From a virus (Duplodnaviria > Caudoviricetes), in the IMG/VR virus record IMGVR_UViG_3300010396_000049, positions 1 to 61,002 of that record: a stretch of 61,002 bases of DNA. One strand, 5' to 3'. The position numbers and the translations under genes are program-made. The notes under the pieces are model-generated. The model ran no database searches and was not told the origin of the DNA. It saw only the letters and a program-made list of their open reading frames with translations. Below, piece by piece: positions 55,746 through 61,002 of this stretch (position 1 is its first letter; every line of letters starts with the position of its first letter).

Positions 55746-56180
55746 ATGACTATAATACTCGATACATCACGCACCAACTGTTTTGTCAGTCCGTCCCTAT
55801 GTAAACATTTGGTGGATGCCGGCCTAAGCCCCCAGGTTCAATTTCAATGGAAAGTTTACCACGGCATAGCCAAATTGGTAACGAATGCCTTTGATACAGA
55901 CAATTATTACGCCGAAGGCGAAAGGCTCGCTGATTATGCAAGCCCTCCCGATTATGTGCTGCCGGCATACAGCATAAAAGATGTTGAAAGATTATTGCCC
56001 GTCGGCTGGCTGCAGACCTGCAATGACACTGGCAGGTACGAAGTATCGCTCAGCGACTTGTATTTATGCAATAGCTCTGTGGCAGACAGAATGCCTGATG
56101 CCTTTGCCATGCTTCTTCTGGAAGGGTTAAGAAAGAAAGTTATTGATATTAAAAAATTAAACGCAATACTGGAAAAATGA
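55746..56180 (+). CDS. Hypothetical protein
   Basis: ORF in early operon. Confidence 0.65.
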   Translation: MTIILDTSRTNCFVSPSLCKHLVDAGLSPQVQFQWKVYHGIAKLVTNAFDTDNYYAEGERLADYASPPDYVLPAYSIKDVERLLPVGWLQTCNDTGRYEVSLSDLYLCNSSVADRMPDAFAMLLLEGLRKKVIDIKKLNAILEK

Positions 56181-56419
56181 AAATATTTCTTTTTAGTAGG
56201 TCAAATATGCATTTGCTTGTTAAAGGTTCAAATGAATTTATGGCTACTTGTTATGCTAATCAATGGCTTGAAGGAAAATATACTTTCAGGTTTGAAACTC
56301 ATGATGCCGTTGAAGTTGATAATGATATGAGTTTCGGTGTAGTTATTTCAATTTTAGAAGGAGATGTGGGCTGCTATAATTCTGAAAATAAATATTATAA
56401 AAAACAAACACAATCCTAA
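56177..56419 (+). CDS. Hypothetical protein
   Basis: ATGA-coupled ORF. Confidence 0.55.
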   Translation: MKIFLFSRSNMHLLVKGSNEFMATCYANQWLEGKYTFRFETHDAVEVDNDMSFGVVISILEGDVGCYNSENKYYKKQTQS

Positions 56420-56551
56420 AAGAATGAAATGGAACGGAGAAAAAATATTTTACTGCGTGGTATGTGTGCCATTAGCATTGATGGGCATAGCAGCCGAACA
56501 AATTTATTACTTAGGTACCAGGGTAACGACAATGCTTAAACGAAAATAAAA

Positions 56552-56776
56552 ATGACAGGAAATAACGCGGACGGTAACGCGGAGGATTTAAACATCGCGA
56601 ACATGGTAAGGCGCAAATTGCTGCTTGCGCTTAATAAATATAAAAACGATGAACGGGCAGCGGCAGCACTCGGGATTAGCGAAAGAAGCGTGTGGAAATA
56701 TAAAAGAGAATTTGGCGTCCATCGCAGCCCCAAAACAAAGGAATATTCATTGAATAACAAAGGCAGTTTAGTGTAA
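56552..56776 (+). CDS. Fis-type HTH protein
   Basis: LLLALNKY...AAAALGISERSVWKYKREF. Confidence 0.78.
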   Translation: MTGNNADGNAEDLNIANMVRRKLLLALNKYKNDERAAAALGISERSVWKYKREFGVHRSPKTKEYSLNNKGSLV

Positions 56777-56847
56777 AGGTTCATTCACAGGTAAAAACCC
56801 TGTATTTCTATACAGGGTGATTTTTAAAAAAATAAACTAAAAATAAA

Positions 56848-57108
56848 ATGAAAAAATTAATCATCATCTGCTTGTTTCTTTTTCCTGCGGCCGCCTTCGC
56901 CCAGCAGGATACCATCTATGCAAAAAAAGTAAAAGTGGTCAACCTGGTTATCAACAGAAAAACCGGCCATGCCATGAGAAAATGGGTCCGGCACCCCAAA
57001 GTTCAATCAGGCTACATCATCAAAAGAATGGACGGCTTATACGTCATCAACGGAAAAGTAATGGTGCCGGATAATTACAATCCTGATTCATTCATTGTAA
57101 AAAAATAA
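56848..57108 (+). CDS. Secreted hypothetical protein
   Basis: Signal peptide MKKLIIICLFLFPAAAFAQ. Confidence 0.65.
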   Translation: MKKLIIICLFLFPAAAFAQQDTIYAKKVKVVNLVINRKTGHAMRKWVRHPKVQSGYIIKRMDGLYVINGKVMVPDNYNPDSFIVKK

Positions 57109-57112
57109 AACA

Positions 57113-57358
57113 ATGCAAGAAATCAACACAGTCACTACAGAAGAGCGCAGCGCCCTATTCACCGGCAATAAAAGATTGCTGGACATAGAAGCTGTAGCCA
57201 AACAAAAAAACTTTTTTGAAACTGCGATCGGAAATAAAAAGAAACAAAACGAAGAGGCAATTGACGAAAAAAAGGAAGAAAGGAAATCACTTTCTTCCTG
57301 GAACAAGATGATACGCATGCTGAAAACGAAAGGCGCATTAATCACCACTAATTTTTAA
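57113..57358 (+). CDS. Hypothetical protein
   Basis: ORF. Confidence 0.55.
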   Translation: MQEINTVTTEERSALFTGNKRLLDIEAVAKQKNFFETAIGNKKKQNEEAIDEKKEERKSLSSWNKMIRMLKTKGALITTNF

Positions 57359-57500
57359 AAGATGCAAACATTTATCATTATCGCATTTATCGGTGCTGCT
57401 GTTTCGTTTTTGTTCGCACTCATGCTTTATATCAGCTATTTCAAAGACATGAGAAAAGAACGTAAAAATAATAATACACGCAATTTTTAAAATAATAAAA

Positions 57501-58016
57501 ATGAACCAAACAATCAGCGAACAGGCACAATTAAACATTTTAAATGCGATATGCCATTTGGAAACAAAAATGGCTGCCGCTGGGGCTAAAGCCCGGCTAT
57601 TTATTTTTGAAAAAGATGAAATCAATGTGGCCATTCCGTCTGAAGCCTTCCAGGAAGTGTTGGGCACAGCCTATGAATTAATTTGCGCAAAGGCTTTCTC
57701 CGAAATAAAGAAAATGTTGCACGAAGCCAAAGCAGCTCCCTTAGCCTCACTCGAATCAAAAGATAAAAAACATTTCTGCACAAACTGCGGCTATGACAAT
57801 TCTTATCATACATGTATAAACGGAGCCGATAGCCCAAAACCTGGCAGCATTTCTATCTGTTATAATTGCGGCCAGGCAGGGATTTTTATGAAAGATATGT
57901 TGGTACGAAAATTATCTGCAGAAGAAATGGAGGAAATAAAATTGCAGCAGCCGGAATTGTGGGAATACATAATGATTGCAAAAAAGGCGGTTAAAAATAA
58001 AATGGTTTACGAATAA
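57501..58016 (+). CDS. Zinc-ribbon hypothetical protein
   Basis: CTNCG...PKPGSISICYNCG. Confidence 0.65.
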   Translation: MNQTISEQAQLNILNAICHLETKMAAAGAKARLFIFEKDEINVAIPSEAFQEVLGTAYELICAKAFSEIKKMLHEAKAAPLASLESKDKKHFCTNCGYDNSYHTCINGADSPKPGSISICYNCGQAGIFMKDMLVRKLSAEEMEEIKLQQPELWEYIMIAKKAVKNKMVYE

Positions 58017-58029
58017 AAAAAATAAAATC

Positions 58030-58377
58030 ATGAATCAGCAACAGGAAGAAATCAAAAAAAAATTATTAGCCCTTATCGAAAAGGATAGGAAGTCAAAAAG
58101 GTTGTCTGTTAGGTTAATATCCGATGAAAGAGCCAGAAGCGGCAGTGTACTCTCAGAATTAGTTTGCCGTAATGGAGATATGGTATTAATGGTACTTTCT
58201 GATCCGGGGTTCGATGAACAAAAATTAGCCCTATGGGATTCAGCCATCCTCCAGGCCAACGAGTTGTTGGATTTAATTGCACAAGAAAAAATTCATGACT
58301 ACAACAATCCTAATTTTTTCAAAGCAATGCAGGCCATAGTTCCGGATTATGAAAAAGAAATTACTATTGATTTTTAA
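58030..58377 (+). CDS. Hypothetical protein
   Basis: ORF. Confidence 0.6.
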   Translation: MNQQQEEIKKKLLALIEKDRKSKRLSVRLISDERARSGSVLSELVCRNGDMVLMVLSDPGFDEQKLALWDSAILQANELLDLIAQEKIHDYNNPNFFKAMQAIVPDYEKEITIDF

Positions 58378-58391
58378 AAGAAAAAAAAGGT

Positions 58392-58628
58392 ATGAAAATC
58401 AGGAGGCTTAATATATCGCTGATCATTTTTATGGGAATATTCATAGGCCTTCTTTTTGATGCCATTCTTGACGTTGGTAAAATTTTTCCTGCTGAAACAA
58501 TGCGCTGGACGGATGTGTTACTGATTGCAATATTTATGATCAGCTTTTTCACTTTAGGATATTTTACTCATAAAGATCAAATGGCTTTGAGCGAAGAAGA
58601 AGATGATGATGAGCCTTTTGATGATTAA
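58392..58628 (+). CDS. Small two-TM membrane protein
   Basis: Hydrophobic segments, acidic tail. Confidence 0.6.
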   Translation: MKIRRLNISLIIFMGIFIGLLFDAILDVGKIFPAETMRWTDVLLIAIFMISFFTLGYFTHKDQMALSEEEDDDEPFDD

Positions 58629-58667
58629 TAAAAAATTCAAATAAATATTCACTTTAAAAACAAAAAA

Positions 58668-58928
58668 ATGCCAGGAAAAATAAAAAAAGAAATTGAATTA
58701 GGCAACAAGGTTAAGGACATCGTAACCGGTTTTACAGGTATTGCCTCCTCAAAAATAGAATATCTGAATGGATGCATTCAATTTGGTGTAAAACCTCCCA
58801 TAAAAGACGATGGCACCATGTCTGAAATAATCTATATAGATGTTCAGCAGTTGGAATATGTTTCAAAAGGAGTAGTGGTAGATAAAATAGAAACCGGCGG
58901 CGATCATCCGGATGCGCCACGCCATTAA
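58668..58928 (+). CDS. Conserved phage hypothetical protein
   Basis: LGNKVKDIVTGFTGIA...YLNGC. Confidence 0.7.
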   Translation: MPGKIKKEIELGNKVKDIVTGFTGIASSKIEYLNGCIQFGVKPPIKDDGTMSEIIYIDVQQLEYVSKGVVVDKIETGGDHPDAPRH

Positions 58929-58930
58929 TC

Positions 58931-59116
58931 ATGAGTAAATCAGAAAATGAGATGACAGAAAAAGAGTATGTCGATTATTATAAAAAGTTTGACGATTCGA
59001 CTGAATTTGAGAAGTATTACCGGTTAAGGTATAAATGGATGCATCGAAAAGCAGAATGGGCACACGTTATAACAGCTTTTTCTAAAACGAAGTTTTACAA
59101 AAATATTCATCAATGA
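58931..59116 (+). CDS. Hypothetical protein
   Basis: ORF. Confidence 0.5.
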   Translation: MSKSENEMTEKEYVDYYKKFDDSTEFEKYYRLRYKWMHRKAEWAHVITAFSKTKFYKNIHQ

Positions 59117-59370
59117 AATACGAAAACTTTAAAAAAGCAAAATCCGCGGTTGAAGAAATTGATAAGAGTAAAAGTATTTTAGCCGATTTACAAAGCGAAG
59201 GGATTTATGTAAAAATAATGAATGGAGGCAGCACGATAATGAGCCTGGATGCAGATCCTTCGTCGTCCGAACATGAATTTAAAAGTAATGCCATCAGCTT
59301 CATCGATCAGCTTAAGCTTCATTACAAACAAAAAATTATAAAATTAACCGCCGAATTAGAAGAATTATAA
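59113..59370 (+). CDS. Hypothetical protein
   Basis: ATGA-coupled ORF. Confidence 0.6.
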   Translation: MKYENFKKAKSAVEEIDKSKSILADLQSEGIYVKIMNGGSTIMSLDADPSSSEHEFKSNAISFIDQLKLHYKQKIIKLTAELEEL

Positions 59371-59583
59371 ATGAAAAACCTGGCAACCATACGAACCATG
59401 AATTCAGCGATGCTGTTAACCCCCGGAGAAAAAAGAATTGTAGATTTGATTTCTACTGCAATCATTAAAAAAACTTTCAAAAATGAAAAAAGGAATCCGC
59501 TATTTGCGCTTCAGCAAAGACAAACAAAGTGTGTTAAGCATAGAGAGGCAAGATCTGGTAACAAGCCTGTGGATGAATCATAA
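59371..59583 (+). CDS. Small protein overlapping integrase start
   Basis: ORF adjacent to integrase; function unknown. Confidence 0.4.
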   Translation: MKNLATIRTMNSAMLLTPGEKRIVDLISTAIIKKTFKNEKRNPLFALQQRQTKCVKHREARSGNKPVDES

Positions 59584-61002
59584 TGGCATAGAAATTTTTG
59601 ACACTTTCATCGACGATGGCTATTCGGCAAAAACTTTTGACCGTCCTGATATGAAAAATTTGATGCTTTTTGTAAAGAAAAATTACCGGGAAATTGATTA
59701 CCTCGTGGTCGCAGAGCTCACGCGCTTCAGCCGTGATTTAGGTGATGCCGTTAACCTGGTGAAGAGCATTCAAAAAGCTTATGATATCAGAATTGTAAGT
59801 GCCAGCCGCGGCGCCATCTACGATTGCAGCGATAGCAATTCATTTTTCATGATGTCTTTGGAATTCCTACTTGGCAATTCCGAAAACCTGAAACGCGAAA
59901 GCGATATTAACGGCGGCATATATACCGCAAAAGCAAAAGAAGGAAGGTACATCCATGGGCAACCTCCATATGGGTATTTTAAAGATGGTACCGGAGCAAC
60001 ATCACGGTTATGCATAGACGAAGAAAAGGCAAAAGTGGTTCGTTACATATTTTCAGCTTACTTAAAAAATGTTCCTTTCCTAATCATCTATGAGGAAGCA
60101 AAAAAAATAGGCTTTCCTCATAAGGGCCACGGAGCCATCCAGAAGATCCTCAGCAACCCGCTTTATTCTGCGCAGCAAATGGTAAAGCCCTGGCGCGAGC
60201 ATCCGGGAGGATTGTTCCCGGCGCTTCATCAACCGATCGTCGACATGATCACCTGGAAAGACGCGCAGGTGAAACTGAAAAATAAAAGCCGCCCGGGAAT
60301 ATCTATCTCTGATGAAATGCCTTTGCGTGGCGTCTTACGCTGCCATTGCTCACAACCGGTAACGGGGGCACCGAGCCGCAACCGTTGGAGCAATTATTAT
60401 TACTATTACAAATGCAAGCACAGCCGCCACGTAAATATTTCCGTAATAAAAGCGCATGAGAAGCTCATCGCAGCCTTAAGTTATATGAGCCTTACGGACA
60501 GGATGGCCTATGCAATTCAAATCAGCAGTGAGCAAAAATTTGATGAACAGGTAAAAGAAAACCGAAAAATACTGGCGAAGAAAAAAACAGAGCTCGAAGA
60601 AATTCACGATCGTATCGAGAGCCTCGAAGAAAAATACCTGGCCAACAAAATCGAATTTGAAACTTACAACAAATGGTTTAGTGAGCTACGCCAGCGCCGC
60701 ACCATCACCAGGGCGCATATAGATCAGTTACAACGTGATGACAGCAGCTTATACCTGCTGATGCAAAACAACATTGAGCAGTTCACCGACCTGCCCTATG
60801 TATATAAAAATTTAGAAACAGCAGCAAAGCAGGAATTTATAAGAATAGTGTTCGACAGCAAACTCTACTGGAGAGACAACATCTATCGAACCCCTTACAT
60901 CATTCCTGCATTTTCACATAATTCATTAATTCTTAAACAAAAAGAGCTACTCGTAATAGAAGAAAAAAAGGGGCTTTCGTTGAAAGTCCCTCAGGGTGGA
61001 GC
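59483..61002 (+). CDS. Large serine recombinase (integrase); continues across the junction to TAG at 188-190 (~528 aa)
   Basis: Hand translation: MKKGIRYLRFSKDKQ (YxRxS catalytic motif), DDGYSAKTFDRP, LTRFSRD, PPYGY recombinase domain, LRGVLRCHC...YYYYKC zinc ribbon, coiled coil; absent from the ORF track because it lacks a stop before the window end. Confidence 0.93.
   Translation, partial: MKKGIRYLRFSKDKQSVLSIERQDLVTSLWMNHNGIEIFDTFIDDGYSAKTFDRPDMKNLMLFVKKNYREIDYLVVAELTRFSRDLGDAVNLVKSIQKAYDIRIVSASRGAIYDCSDSNSFFMMSLEFLLGNSENLKRESDINGGIYTAKAKEGRYIHGQPPYGYFKDGTGATSRLCIDEEKAKVVRYIFSAYLKNVPFLIIYEEAKKIGFPHKGHGAIQKILSNPLYSAQQMVKPWREHPGGLFPALHQPIVDMITWKDAQVKLKNKSRPGISISDEMPLRGVLRCHCSQPVTGAPSRNRWSNYYYYYKCKHSRHVNISVIKAHEKLIAALSYMSLTDRMAYAIQISSEQKFDEQVKENRKILAKKKTELEEIHDRIESLEEKYLANKIEFETYNKWFSELRQRRTITRAHIDQLQRDDSSLYLLMQNNIEQFTDLPYVYKNLETAAKQEFIRIVFDSKLYWRDNIYRTPYIIPAFSHNSLILKQKELLVIEEKKGLSLKVPQGG
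60880..61002 (+). repeat. Exact terminal direct repeat (copy 2)
   Basis: Identical to 1-123. Confidence 0.95.

Larger units (their letters stand above)
1..61002. mobile_element. Complete temperate tailed phage (excised/circular form), ~60,879 bp unit length
   Basis: Terminal 123-bp overlap; terminase, portal, ClpP-type protease, capsid, tape measure, lysis, repressor and serine integrase genes all present. Confidence 0.95.

Overview
The window is an apparently complete, circular, ~60.9 kb temperate tailed phage with a tape-measure gene. Positions 1-123 are repeated exactly at 60880-61002. The host is probably Bacteroidota (Chitinophagaceae-like), inferred from TAnnTTTG promoters, the lack of Shine-Dalgarno sequences and the REP-type repeats. 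Modules: a repressor/cro switch (54.6-55.3 kb); an early operon running through a large serine integrase that spans the junction (missed by the ORF track) into a J-domain gene, a putative replication gene and a DnaA-box cluster; tail genes (minus strand, 13-21.7 kb); protease, capsid and tail tube; a six-gene glycosylation/methylation cluster; terminase; portal; fibre and beta-propeller; and lysis genes. The strongest unusual signal is an integron-like cassette array at 8.5-12.6 kb. It has five AAC...GTT hairpin sites whose flanks are complementary per cassette rather than per site, the sites fold better on the top strand, and no tyrosine integrase is present. Other notable elements: a 70-nt tmRNA-TLD-like RNA with G3:U70, a tRNA-Ala/tmRNA-mimicking attP inside the integrase gene, a seven-copy late-promoter motif with fixed spacing, a second repeat-delimited gene island, and many heptamer arrays at gene boundaries. 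All family calls come from motif recognition by eye; no searches were run.
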